Positions 27,808-40,990 of a stretch of DNA of 64,000 bases are shown in pieces. The notes beneath the pieces were generated by a model. That model saw only the letters and a program-made list of their open reading frames with translations, was not told where the DNA came from and ran no database searches. The first letter of the stretch is position 1. Every line of letters begins with the position of its first letter. The stretch is taken from assembly GCA_030141605.1 (NCBI GenBank), contig JAQGDQ010000510.1, forward strand, positions 1 to 64,000, written 5' to 3'. Source of the DNA: Tubiluchus corallicola (lineage: Eukaryota > Animalia > Priapulida). The position numbers were made by a program, and so were the translations under genes.

Positions 27808-28965
27808 CTTTAAGAGAAACAGTTTTCTACTACAATTGTTGTATGCAAAACTGGTCTGCTTGTCACAGCAATAATATAAAATATAATAATACAATATTAC
27901 TATAATATATACACCGTTTTTTCAGGTATTTTAGCTTTTTTATATTTTTAACGTCAATGCTTTTCAAACAAGTGAAATTTTTTTAAAGTCACTTATTTGG
28001 TCCGTTTTGCTCTATGGTGCTTAGCATCAAATTGCTAGGGGCAAGTGGGCCTAAATGTTTTACAAAATATTGATGAACTGGTACAGTTAACGCAGCTCTT
28101 GCATTACATAAACAGATAATTTTACACATAAATGCGAGTCCGACAAAGTGGAAAATTGTCCTTCTTTTTTATGCAGATGGGTGTATTAAATCACCACGAG
28201 TTTCAAAAATATATAATAAAATCACAGGAATTATTTAATATGCCGGGCTTCTAGTATTAATGTTCTGCAAAAATGTAACAACATTGTCAGTTATATAGTT
28301 ACTGTGACTCTGTGGTCATTAAGTCTGCACATAATATCTGCGCACTGCATAGCAGCGGCTTTGCGTCTTTAACAACGGCATGGCGGCTCATGTGACGAAC
28401 GAAGAAAAAAAGTTCGTGTGAGAGGTACGTTTAATCATGTTACCGTTTTTTTAACTTTGTTTATTTACAAACAGATACTGCTGAATGTTTTACACGACCG
28501 CTAGTTACTGATGACGTCATTATTTCAAGGTGGGCGCTAGATTTTTACATTTAGCAGCCATCTTGAAATAACAAGAACATCAATTTTTACAAACGTGTTT
28601 TCTGATTTTCATGAAATGAAAACATAATATTGTAATTACTTACAATACATGTGTGATTTATAAAATGCTATAAACAATGTAAATAAATGTTGGCAGCCAT
28701 CTTGAAATTATGATGTAATGTCTTCAGAAACTAGGTTTTCTGATTCCCGAGGTATATATTTTTTGCCTTACTAAATGCCCGTGGTTCATATAAATTGATG
28801 ATAAAATTTTGTTTCGATATTGGCCGCCATCTTGGAAAAATAATGAAACCTAATAACTGCTGGAATAACTATCAGTACACTTCCCTATTAATCTGTATAC
28901 AAATTTTTGGAAATTTCACTTTTTTTAAAAAAACTAAAAATGTGTACAAAAAAGCTGTTTTTTTA
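27808..28965 (+). repeat. Segmental duplication B, copy 2 (Helitron-free paralog)
   Basis: Matches 16537-16642 joined directly to 18502-19170. Confidence 0.92.
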
Positions 28966-29409
28966 AAATTTGATTTACATTGTGTGCTTTGCAGTCATTT
29001 TGTTTTTGGCATTTTGACCATTTTCCAGTCATTTTTCAAGTTAACAGCGGATTCAACATGGTCACATTGAAAAGACATATGTGCTGCTGCTCAGTCTTAC
29101 ACTCCTGTCACAGCAGTTAGGAAACTAAAATTTGGCACAAAAATGCTCTATTGTTGTAGTACTTCATATTTCAAAACTGACGCAAATCAGTGCACAAATA
29201 ATTCAATGCTTCACATTCCACACTAGAGCTGTTACTAACAGTCGACTTTTGCGGCAGTTAGTAAACTAAAATTTGGCAAAAATGCCCTGTCATTAAGAAG
29301 CAGTTATTAACTGAAGCAGGAAATGATTGATGTTTGACTGCAATAACTTCCTACTAATCAACCTGATACCATGTGTATAAGCTTTCTTCCTTCCGTTTTG
29401 TTGATAATA

Positions 29410-30585
29410 AAAGCACATTTTGTGCATTAAAACTCTTCAAGGTTGGCCATTGCCCAGTATTCGTCCATGAAGGACTATAATTATCACTGAAATTTAACCA
29501 CCATTATGCTGTCGATGTGAATTAGTGAAAATTACAGCTGTTCTTTGTGTGAGGCATCTGTAGCTGAAGTTATGAACAGGTTTATAAATTTAATGGAGGC
29601 ATTTTTTTGCAATGAACATGATTACAGTGACTCAAGTTGTCAGGTTTACAAAATTTAGTAAGATGAAAAATTGATTTTAACTTTTGTACAGAGCAGAGAG
29701 CGCATTGGAAAAAGATTTCATAAAGTTTCATCAGATGATAATTGCACAAATATTCGTCCTGCTTGTGTTGAAAATTACAACATTGCTGTCTCACTAGCTT
29801 ATGTGTGTATATAGTATATATAGTATATTTAATACTGCATTTGCGTAATACCTTAATACTATATTAACTTTATATATATTGATGTAATTATTTGCAATGC
29901 TGCCTCACTAGGTGTCTGACAAAATGCGATGTTTCAGATTAGAATTTTACAGATTACGAACAATTTTTATATAACCATTTGAAATCCAAGATCGCAAACT
30001 ACAGCTAATGGATGTAATTATGATATTATGAAATCCTGCTTTGCTGCACTTGAGATGCTGTCTACTCAATAGCAGAAAAACCGGCTAATAGATGTAATTA
30101 TAATTTCATAAAATCCTTCCACACAAGCCACTTTGTTCTGCCTTGCAGTAATTTCAATTACATCATTTTATGAAATCCTTTAAACCGGACCTCTTGAGAC
30201 ACGATAAACACCGTTTACAAAGCGATTAAGTATTTTATTATAAGCCTCATCAAATCCATTAGCGCACTTCAGGTAACCTTTGTACGCAACTCACAAAGAG
30301 CAGCTATAATTTTCAGTAATTGACTTGGACAACTTAATAATGATTGAATTCAATGATAATTATAATCCCTCATCTTAAATTAGTGAGAGGAATTTTCCCA
30401 GGGTTATATCCCTGGTGGGTAATGACCAGCCTTGAAGAGCTTTTGATATTGCACAAAGAGCGATTCTGTAATTCAGAAATGTAACACAGAATAAATTGCA
30501 TCGCTATTTTAATGGCTGATGTTTAAGACATGCGAGAAATTTATCCACGATTGTTTACAGTGGGGAGGGGGGGGGATGCGCACGC
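29410..30585 (-). mobile_element. Fold-back element, inverted copy of 4835-6050
   Basis: Reverse complement of 29963-30585 aligns closely to 4835-5495, and of 29410-29700 more loosely to ~5700-6040. The central spacer differs. Confidence 0.7.
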
Positions 30586-31439
30586 CGTGATTCATGTGTC
30601 TGTTTAATAGGATTTTGTGAAATTTTCGTAAAATTATCTGACATACTTTGTAGATAATGCGCATGTCGTTTCAAGCATTTGCTGCCCAGCTTTGTACATT
30701 GAAAATTATCATAACTTATTATAGTATCAGGAATTACAGTCTTTACCAGTAATTTATTCAGAGTTATGGCGTCGAGGTATTATTGCTGTTTATAAAGTCT
30801 AACTCGTTCAACTCGTTCTATTCACTTGGTATTAATGCTATCATTATTTTCAATTGCTGCGTAATCTTTTCAATTTAGTATTCAATCGATTCAAGCCTGC
30901 ATTTAGCCTGCGCTTTTGTGTCACAATGAATCAATTCTTCTGTAAAAACATCCATTAAGTAATTTGCTTTAAGTGGCGCTTGAAATTTTCGGTCTAATGG
31001 GAGTTAAACTTTAATCCCATAATAACTTTTGCGGCATGAAGAGGTTCCATTCTAAACTGCCGTAAATGTCGCAAAAAATTGCCTTGATTATAAGAAAAGT
31101 ACAAAAAGTCTTTGTAGCAAGTATACTGCTGGATTTTGCTCTAAGTTTACAAGGAGTTTTGTGTGAGAGCCTAAAATGCTCTGTTGAGATGAAATTTTTA
31201 CCGTTTTGTTATAAAAATTGTCAGCTTCTTAACATGTTTTCTTCTTTCTTCTTTCACCCTGCAGCCACTTATTTTGTGTGATCACTTGTTTTTTAAAGTT
31301 TGTGAGTGAAAGTTGTTGGTTCACTGAAATATGTTGTTATGTCACCTCAGGTAGAAGCTGATATTGAAAATTATGAATATTGTTTCAGTTTATTACTATC
31401 AAGTAAACACTATTTGCTAGTAATAAATGCTATGCTGTA

Positions 31440-32240
31440 GAAAAAGCGTTCAAGATTGGCTATTGCTCGTTACTGACAACCGTGTTACCTTGTTAGCGTG
31501 AGTATCCTGGAAAAATTCCTCGCGTCATTTTAAAAGGGCAGGTTAAAATTATCTGTAATTTCAATGATTGTGTAATGGGGTGCAATTTATTGATAATAGA
31601 AGCGTCTTTGTGCGTTATGAAAAGCTCTTCAAGGTTGGTCATTGCTCAGCGTGCATCCAGACAGACTTGGGAAATAATCCTGGGAAAATTCCTCGCATCA
31701 AATTAAGAAATCGGGATTAACATTATTTGTAATTTCAATCTTTATGTAATGGGTGCAAATTATTGGTAATAGAAGCGTCTTTGTGTGTTATGAAAAGCTC
31801 TTCAAGGTTGGTCATTGCTCAGCGAGCATCCAGACAGACCTGGGAAATAATCCTGGGAAAATTCCTCACATCAAATTAGAAAATCAGGCTTAACATTATC
31901 TGTGATTTCAATCATTTTGTAATGGGTGCCAATTATTAATCATAAAAACGTCTTTGTGTGTTATGAAAAGCTCTTCTTGTCTAGTTATTGCCCAGCCTGG
32001 TTCAGTCAGGTGCATCCCGTTAAATCTGGGAAAGTTCCTCACATCAACTTAAAGAGCATGATTAAAATTATCAGTAATTTCAATCTTTATGTGATGAGTG
32101 CAAATTATTAATAATAGAATCGTCTTTGTGTGTTATGAAAAGCTCTTCAAGGCTCATCCAGACATACTCCACTGGGATAATCGTGGGAACATTCCTGGCA
32201 TTTAAAATGACGAAATAAATTGTCATTCGTTTCAATCACT
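31440..32240 (+). repeat. ~174-bp tandem repeat (4-5 units) of the fold-back arm unit
   Basis: aaagctcttc at ~31621, 31795, 31967 and 32139, each followed by a (c)ctgggaaaattcctc-like motif. Confidence 0.9.
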
Positions 32241-32854
32241 TTGATGTTATTTACGTACTTTGAACAAATTTAATAATTTAATGAAGGGATTCTTTACAAA
32301 TAACGCGAATGCCACGCATCAACTACTTTTGTTTATCCGCTTGTGCACAGAGCAGAAATGTACTGGAAAAAGCAGAGCCCTGTATCAAATGGATATATAC
32401 ACCGCCATTTTAGATTACATGTGGCGCCATCGTGTAGCCATAGTCTCTCGGACCTGCTGACAATATTACGTTCATCACAATGGCAACATTTTGCAGGTCC
32501 CTTATAGGCTTTGCAGTTAATATTTTAATAACTGTATATCATTGTAGAAAAAGGTTAACAATGACCATTGACCTAAAAAAACATTGAAAACACCAACTGC
32601 ATAATCACCGAAGCCTGCCGTAATTATAATGTTTGTCGTAATTTTTAAGCATGTCAAAATTGTTATAGCCTATGTTAAACTGTCAAATAAAATATTAATG
32701 ATTAGTACTGAGTATCCGTGAGAAAATATAAAGAAATACTTAACAACAACAGAATTAAATGAAGGGATTTCTTAAAAATTAATACTGAGATGAATAATGG
32801 ACCTTAATTTGTAGTTTTGTTGTTGCATTGTTGATCATTGATGGATGGGGCTAT

Positions 32855-33065
32855 GTTATAGCACACAGTTTCAACTTTGTACAAAATGTTCTGCTAGATT
32901 TCGCTATGCTGCTGTGCTGTTGGCATTGATGTTGTAGGTGTCTTCATCATGATCGTCGTTCGAGATGGGTGGACTTGGGGTGGTGTGGTGCGGTATGGTG
33001 TGGTATGGTGTAGTAGGTGTGGTAAATGTAGGATATTATAGTGTAGGTGTGGCGTAGTGTAGGCG
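32855..33065 (+). mobile_element. Fragment of the Helitron CACCA/TGGTG module
   Basis: ttatagcacacagtttcaactttgt...gctgtgctgttgg...tggtgtggtg matches the reverse complement of ~17500-17700. Confidence 0.7.
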
Positions 33066-33602
33066 TGTAATTTAAGTGTTCTGCTATTTTCAAATTTACT
33101 CCCTTGAAAGCACAGCCAGAGTGACAAAAATATTCCATAACTTCGACTGAAGGACAAAGAATGTGAATAAAATACTATAATCAATTATAGATGCAAATTA
33201 GACTGCAACATGGTTTGTCTGATTCAGATTTGAACCCTGGACCTCTTGGCTGCCATTCGTCAACTAATACAATTCCTAGACTAGATTCCTATTATTTAAT
33301 TAACTACAATAATTGTAGTTATTTTCTTTACAAAATGAATGACTATGATTGCAACTCTTTACTATGGGAAATGTGCTGGTCGTTGGCATTTCACTTCTGC
33401 GAGCAACTTTCACTAATCCGCCATTATGGTGGCTAGATATCACATTGTTTAAAGAATTTATTAAATATCTTCAATTAACATTACTTAATTAATTAATTAC
33501 AAATAACAACAAATATTATCGCACAGGCATTTTTAAAACTTTATTAATATCTGAAAACCCAACAAACTGTGCTTATACCACACTGCAAACCAAGCACAGT
33601 TT

Positions 33603-33675
33603 CGATAGCGATCGCTTAGTGGCTAAGGTGCAGGATTCGCACGGACTAGGTTGAAGGTTCGAGCGTTAGTAGGAT
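33603..33675 (+). mobile_element. Degenerate tRNA-derived SINE head
   Basis: A-box-like tcgcttagtggc and B-box-like ggttcgagc at tRNA spacing, without a complete cloverleaf. A second B-box-like motif lies on the minus strand at ~33226-33237. Confidence 0.45.
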
Positions 33676-34809
33676 AAAGCAAGTTAATAAAATTGTAGTT
33701 TATAGAAAAAAAATTTAACACAATTAACGTGGACCATTCTGTTTATTAAACAAGCTTATTATTATTATATAAACAGCCTTGCATGCAGGACATAAACCGT
33801 GAGTGTTTGACGCAAGCTGTAAAGAACATTTTGGTAAAATCATTTGTTAGTAGGCCTACTATTATCAGTTCAGCCATGTTTGATTTCAAATGACTTACAA
33901 ATGTCTTTTTGCGGAAATAATCTTCAATGAGCGCATATGTTCAGTAAAAAAATTATACTTAATGGTAAAGTATTTACACTTCTATAGGAAACATTAAACA
34001 GCTACCGAATATGCCACGTCTTTGCTGATTAGGATAATTTTGTCTCTAGTCTACTTCCTACTACTCCCACCGTTGAACGGGCTATTTAACCATGGCCAGC
34101 ATCTTGTGGAATCATCTGTGAAATGGTTTAGTGGGGGAATGCTTTATATTTACGTGTAATACCAATAAATAAAAGCTCGTTTACAATTTCATGCAGGACT
34201 CAGATCTTTTTCTAAGTGGTAATGTCCCACATAGATAAATCCGTGTTTACACTGTAAATTTAGTTGTTTTAGTATTAGTAAAGTGTCTTCTTGCGGTGCT
34301 TTTACACCAGCTGCCTTAAAAAAATCTGGATCGTTTCTTCCTATCGAAACTGTAGTGCAAAACTTGAAAAACAAGAGCATTTAATCGAAACACGCGAACA
34401 TTATAGTCATCTTTTTTATCTGTTCACGGAATTCTACTTTTCCCAAACAGTTTTTTTCTGTTAGATACTTGGCAATTGCTACTTGATTGGGGGACAAAAT
34501 TACAATATTATAATGACCTACACATATATACTTTGTGCTGTATCGTAGCTCACTGAAACTGAAGATCATGTTGTGTTTGGTTAGCTTTATAGATGGAGAA
34601 TCTCATCTGTCTCACAACTATATTAAATTATCTACCATCACTTTTTGCAAAAAATGTTTGTTCAGTTACACAAATTTTTATTAAGATATATTGCATTTAT
34701 GAATTTATTGCAAATTTTCTAAATTTATTCATTATAACAAGTGTGTATGCGGCAGTCACAAAACACCAATTAAAATCTATAGAAATCCTGAAAACTGGTT
34801 ATTGCTAAA

Positions 34810-35040
34810 ACAAGCTAACAGAAGAGACGCGCCCCATTGGACGCCCTAAGCTAAGATAAAAGGTTACCTGTAAAAGCACTTTGAAATGTGGTGAAGTTCT
34901 GGATGAATGCAAAGAATCGTAGAAGATCGACCATCGTGGAGAACAACAATATGGAAAAGGTGTAGTAAATTCAATGAGAAAAGAAGCAATGCATATGAGA
35001 AAAGAAAAGAAAAGAGGAAGAAGAAGGCAGCACCTAAGGA
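34810..35040 (+). mobile_element. 3' fragment of an RTE-clade LINE
   Basis: Broken translation RPIGRPKLR*KVTCKSTLK...EDRPSWR...FNEKR...KRKEKRKK matches the RTE C-terminal pattern. Confidence 0.7.
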
Positions 35041-37040
35041 CAATTAGTCAATTGGTGATTTTTTTTCACAGTTAATGAACTCTAATATTCACTACTGTAT
35101 ATATTATTTTTAAATTATGTTTATGTTTTGATCTGTTTTTCATCGAATGTGCTCTGCTTGTTTCGAGCTAAGGCGTCGTATATACAAAGATTTTCAAATT
35201 TCGTGATGCTCTTACATGGAACATGCCATCTGTTGTTTGGTTACATCCTACTCGTGATGTAGGCATTACTATTTACTGTTAACCTCTGCCCAATCTGGCT
35301 ACTATGAAACTTCTGTACTGTTTTAAATAAGATAATAAGTTTATTTTGACTAAATTTGCGCTGTTTTGGTGTTTCTTGTTAGTGATTTCCCTCTACATGG
35401 CACTGGCTTGTTTAGGATCTAGCACGATTTGGACTGGAGGGGATAGAACTTTTAGCATATTGCAGTGCTTTTCACTGTTGGCGCAGGTTTAACTGCCCAC
35501 CGTCAAACTTTTTTTAAATTTTCTTCTGCAAACATGTTGCAAGAATAAAGGTGCGTATTGATAGAATCTATTGCGAAAACTAGATCCATAGACATCACGT
35601 GGCACGTGTGACATACAAACGAAAAAGCACCATTTGAATGCAATATCAACTGTAAGCCTTGAAACAATGTTGCTTACACAAGAATATTACGATGACAAAG
35701 TATTTAATTATTGTGGAAAATGCAGTCTGCTAAAATATTTTCTCAAAGTTTGCAGTATTTACAATTATTGAGCATTACTTCAGTGACATCCTACTAAAAG
35801 GATGCACCAAACGTAGGAAACGTAAGCAGCTCGTAGTGAGTAGCACACCGACTGCAGAACCAAAGTAGATAAGTAAATAAGTAACCATATCTATTGGCTC
35901 ACAATTCTTAGAAAGACCTACTGCAGCTACACGCATATGCGATCAAACAAAACGCTACTAACATACAATGCGCTTAATTACAAAATAACCTCTGATTCGT
36001 AGACATTCATTAGGCAAAGAGCAACTGTCGTTTTTCTGGACAACATACAATTATTGTTTTGTGTTGGGTCGTTTAAACCAATTGCTTTGTCTTCTTGAGT
36101 CTAAGTTAAATCCATTCTTGTTTTTATCAGTGATTATTTTTTATTGAACCACGATGTCACTGTACATGTGGTTTCGAAAATAAATGATGCTAACAATGAA
36201 AATTATTGTTGTTACTGTGGTGAATTAATTTTTGGTTTTCTTGACAGCAACTTGGAAGAGTGCACTGAGCATCTACTGCACTGAGCAAAGATGATGGTGT
36301 CACTTTTGATTTCAATCACACACAGTTTCTTTCTTAGTCTCAGAAATGAGTGAGAGTCAAACGATAAGCAAACTAGCAACTAATTATCAGCAGCAAACCA
36401 GATGTGTACATTAGATTTGTCATTGAAAGATGAAACATTTAACATGCGATAAATGGGTATTAGATAATCTCAGAAGAATGCACGAATTATAGATTATTTG
36501 TTGGTGATGGAACGTAAGTGAGTAAAGTTTTTAATGCTTGCATATCTCATATATCGTAAAGTGATTTAGTAAAAGGTTTAAGCCCTAGGTCAATTTTTAT
36601 TTACCAAAAAAGTTTATTACCGCTGTGCACAAATTATATTTAAGTGTACGCTTTAATTTTAAGCTTGGTGATATGGCTGCAAGTACCTACAACATCTAAC
36701 CAATAAAAACGAAAAGTTACTTCACGTGCTCATTGTTTTTGACTGATGACATGAAATCTTACAGGGAAGCACGATATGCTATTAAGAGTTTTGTGCAACT
36801 TTAACTGAATAAACGAATCAAATTGAATTTGACCTTCGGTGGCAAACGCCACAATCATTATCTTTTCAATAATCTCACAATGCAGTACGATATTTCTCAT
36901 CAGAGAGCGCACCATTTGCGAAAAACTTAAAGTGTGCGATTTAGAAAACATATGCCGACAAGCAAAAGCCAATTTTAGAGCTTGCGAAGGGATGGAGTTT
37001 ATTTATCTTCTACAATGACTAATTGCTTAGTTAAATAGTA

Positions 37041-38072
37041 ATGCGCAGAAAGACATCAGTTTGCAAAAAGCAGCAAAGTTTTGTCATATTTGCCTGCTTT
37101 TGTATGTTTGTCTTGTTCCATTATGGAATTGCGCATTTGAGATCGACTAAGCATAAGAAGTGGAAGAAAGAAAATGAATTGTTTAAGTTGGAAATCGTTG
37201 TATTGACTTACAATAGACCAGTGTCATTGCTGAGACTTCTAAACTCACTTAATTCAAGTCACTACAGTGAGGATGAGGTTGGGTTAAAGATTTGTGTAGA
37301 CAGAAGTGCAAATGACAGTTCAATATCAGCTATTACGCTTAACATCATTAACTCATTTATATGGATTTATGGTGGAAAGGAAGTTGTTGTCCACCCTGTA
37401 CACTATGGACCATACTTGCAATGGTATGATTGTTGGAAACCGTCTGAAAGGAAAGGAGAATTCGGGCTGATTTTGGAAGACGATCTGGAAGTTTCCCCTC
37501 ACTATTATACATGGCTTAAAGCTGCATTATTACATTATCATAAAAAATCCGATATTGGAGGCATAACTCTGCAAAGAGGAACCTTGATTTCAACAACAGG
37601 GAAACATCGAAATCCTCTGTGTGAAGATTGTTATAAAGCAGACGTGTTTCTATATCATCAGATAGGCACTTGGGGATTTGCACCAATTCCAGAAATATGG
37701 CATCAGTTTCGCATTTGGGTGTTTGCTGTAATGAAAAATGAAAGTTTTATTCCGATAGTTCCAGGACAAAGATTAATTACAAATGCCTGGATGCGAAAAC
37801 GTCATTTAAAGATGAGGTCGATGCCTTCATCCTATATCATGTATTATTTTGCAGTAAACAACTTGTATACACTGTACGCTAATTTACCTGATAACAAAAC
37901 GCTAGCTTGTAACAGAAGAGAAGTGGGAATGAATTATCAAAGAGGCGCTAAAGAAGTTATAGGGAAATGTGATTTCGAACCGCTATTAATGTGGAATGTC
38001 TCCTTTGTAAATTTACCAGAAAAACCAATAAGGCTTGATTGGGCTGTGGTAAGAACGCCTACAAACTTTTAA
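37041..38072 (+). CDS. Intronless type II membrane GT-A fold glycosyltransferase (GT2-like; resembles plant At5g12260-type proteins)
   Basis: Intact 343-aa ORF: short basic N-tail, TM segment (FVIFACFCMFVLFHYGI), VVLTYNRPVSLLRLLNSL, acidic LILEDDLEVSP motif, LYHQIGTWG, REVGMNY. AATAAA overlaps the stop codon. Confidence 0.9.
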   Translation: MRRKTSVCKKQQSFVIFACFCMFVLFHYGIAHLRSTKHKKWKKENELFKLEIVVLTYNRPVSLLRLLNSLNSSHYSEDEVGLKICVDRSANDSSISAITLNIINSFIWIYGGKEVVVHPVHYGPYLQWYDCWKPSERKGEFGLILEDDLEVSPHYYTWLKAALLHYHKKSDIGGITLQRGTLISTTGKHRNPLCEDCYKADVFLYHQIGTWGFAPIPEIWHQFRIWVFAVMKNESFIPIVPGQRLITNAWMRKRHLKMRSMPSSYIMYYFAVNNLYTLYANLPDNKTLACNRREVGMNYQRGAKEVIGKCDFEPLLMWNVSFVNLPEKPIRLDWAVVRTPTNF

Positions 38073-38799
38073 TAAAATGACTACATAACGCTAATATTTT
38101 AGTCAGATGAGATTAATGACAAACGCAGATTTATTCATACATTACAAGTACTATAATTACATAGTGTCCCACTTAGTAGCAAAGCCTCTTATAGTTACTA
38201 GAATGAGAGCGTTTATACAATATAGGAATTTTGCACGCTATTAACTTTACTTACATTGAATTTACATAGAAATTAAGAAAGTATAAGTTTTGAATAATGT
38301 AAACGTAGTCTACAGCAGTAAAAGCTGTTTTCAACAACCCGTTTCTATCGTCATTGAGGAAAACGTTGAATGTCCCAAGTTATATACTCATCAATCATAC
38401 CATGCTCTTTTTTCTGTAAGCATATAAATAATATTAGAGTGCCATATTTACTGTAATTCATGGAGTAAGCAAACGTTTGCACGTAAAGCAAGACTTTACC
38501 CGGAATTAGAAGTAAGACAACAAAACACAGCTAACAATACTGTATTTCCAAAAGTCGAGAAATATTTGCAATTAATAAACGAAGTGATTGATACAAAATT
38601 CAGGTTGAAAAGCAACCTCGTGACTACTGGAAATGGAATTTTTTCGGATATTTCTACCTGCCAAAAAAGTGAACATTCTTCGTGAAACAAACACGCTATT
38701 GGACATGCAGGACGAGATCGTACGATGAAGGATCTCTCAAGTAGATACAACTAAATCATTCCCCAAAATGTTGAATTATTCATTATGCTATTCTGCATT

Positions 38800-39082
38800 A
38801 TTCATTCATTTATTCATTCAGTGTGAACCGTGTCAACAGAAACAAAAAGGTTACAAGAAACGAGTTGCTGTCAAGCCTTTGCTTTGCTCTGAATTCAATT
38901 CTAGTTGTCAAGTTTACTTGATCGATTATCAAACACGTCCAGATGGAGATTATCAATTTATTCTTGTCTATCAAGATCATCTAAGTTCGTGATCTGAGGC
39001 CTCTCAAAGCAAAAAGAGCAGAAAAAGTAGCTTACAGTTTGCTTGACAGGTTTATGCTTATCGGAGCACCAGCTATTTTACC
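38800..39082 (+). mobile_element. Ginger/KRBA2(SCAND3)-like integrase fragment
   Basis: CEPCQQKQKG..VKPL..SEFNSSCQVYLIDYQTRPDGDYQFILVYQDHL, then after a frameshift LRPLKAKRAEKVAYSLLDRFMLIGAPAIL. Confidence 0.85.
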
Positions 39083-39109
39083 ATAAAACTATACGTCCTA
39101 ATAAAATAT

Positions 39110-39515
39110 TATAAAATGACTGCTAACATTCTCTCCAATACTCATGAAGTCAATAACTCCATTTCACAAGGTACTGTTTCTGACAGATTAAAACTGACTA
39201 ATATTAAAATAGATTACAAAACTTATGACACAGATGTTTCTTCAAATTATAGGTATATATTGTTCCTGTTCCTCTTTGCAAAAATTTTTGAATTGGCAAA
39301 ATATTCTAGACTTTCTAACTTTCTTGCCAACTGCAGCATCTTATACCACTAGTAAAAACTACATAACAATACTTGTTACATAAGAAATAATAGATACATT
39401 GGTTGTAAAAAAATAACATCTTGTTGCATATTTTGTAGCCTTAAAGGCGTTTGATACAGTACAGCATCTTATACTTTTAAACAAACTTGAATATTATGGC
39501 ATTAGAGGAGCATCA
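39110..39515 (+). mobile_element. Decayed CR1/L2-group LINE reverse transcriptase fragment
   Basis: AKIFEL..YSRLSNFL...ILY and KAFDTVQHLILLNKLEYYGIRG. Confidence 0.75.
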
Positions 39516-40249
39516 GGCACCTATTTCTTAATTTACATCAGTGTTTGGCTAGCTGTTCTGTTCTTGAAGTTCAATTGTTTAGAGATGACACAAACTTCTT
39601 ATGTTGTTTGATGGTACTGTGCACCATCTTTGGTTGCCTGTCGACTTGTAATTCGCAATCATTTCCTAGATAAATCGATTAAGGATTGATTTGTTTTCGT
39701 TAATTGTTTTATTGTATTTAAGATAATAGGTAATTTTGCCAGATGCCTTTATGCACAAGAAATGCATTATCAAGGACGTGGAACTCAAAATCTTGAAAGT
39801 ACATCTCTACAAAATGCTGTATTTTGTCGTAGCCATTCCCACGAAATCGTTCGGGTCAGGCATTGTTTCTTCGTTTTTCCTACAAAAAATTGTAAAATGC
39901 TTCTCTGCATTTGTACTAAGAAGAAGAGCACTAAACATAGAATCAAACAACTGCAGTAAAATGGACCATGAACAATTTAATAATGATATACAAAATTGGG
40001 CCTGCAGCTTAATGTGAGTATTAGGTACTTTACTTTCATATTAGATTCGATTGAACCTTGTTTGCCTAATGAGTTGGCAGAGCAAAATCGGTGAAGAAAT
40101 TAGTTACACAAACAAATATGTGTTACACAATAAGAAGTTCAATCGTTAAACACTGAACAACAGCACAAGTGATGAATAACTTATGCCTGGCACTTGGCTT
40201 AAGGCAAACTTTACCAGACTGCTGAAGGCTTTAGTTTAGGACAGATTAT

Positions 40250-40990
40250 GAAAAATCCAAAATGAATAATTCGAATAATTTTGACTAGAAGAATCTTGCA
40301 GAAAAATGAAGTGAACTTTCCTGAGACATGTTACGAACGATACGCCAAGGCGTTCAACTTTAAATGGTGGAGAAAGTCATTGCAGAAAGGTGTATGGGTG
40401 AAAATATGCATCCGCTACACAGCCTCCTCTTCAGAGTTGGACGTTTCCAGTTGAGAAGTATGGCGGATTCTCAATTATGCTTTAGACAAAACTTCCAACA
40501 GCAACAATCGTCGTAATACTTCAACAGTTCTAGTAATCGTCGAACAACTATATGTATCATTTGATACTAGATCAATAAATTGATGACTGCTCTATTGCAA
40601 TAATAAACTTGAATTGCAGCAACAACATCTCAAAGAATTTAGCCTGCATCATCATCCAAGGCACGGCATCTCACAATTCATCATGCATTTAATAGTGTGG
40701 AAAGAACATGTCGCCTATAACGACAGTGAGAGACAAAATCCTTGGACGAAGAGACGTAAATCTATGGCTCCAGTGATCTTAATGTGGTGAAATGTGGCAG
40801 AATTGGTAACCAAGTTGACCCTAGCAGCTGTTTTCTATGGAATTCACTAGACAGAACATCTATTATAGTACAAATGTCGAGTGATGCATTTAATGAACAA
40901 CTGGATTGCTACCGATTGCTGTCATCGTTCATCTAAATCATTTGAATGTGGAAAGATGACATTCAAATTAGGAATAGCATTGATCTCATA
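40250..40990 (+). mobile_element. Highly decayed Tc1/mariner-superfamily transposase remnant
   Basis: Scattered motifs in the expected order: ELDVSS*EVWRIL (HTH), IIQGTASH, KILGRRDVNLW, DPSSCFLWNSL. Confidence 0.45.

Noticed and set aside
33215-33250. SDLNPGP as a second 2A-like peptide
   Set aside because: Lacks the conserved Glu and the hydrophobic tract; it is the antisense reading of a tRNA-like B box (ggttcaaatc)
33603-33675. tRNA gene
   Set aside because: Only A/B-box-like motifs; acceptor and T stems do not pair
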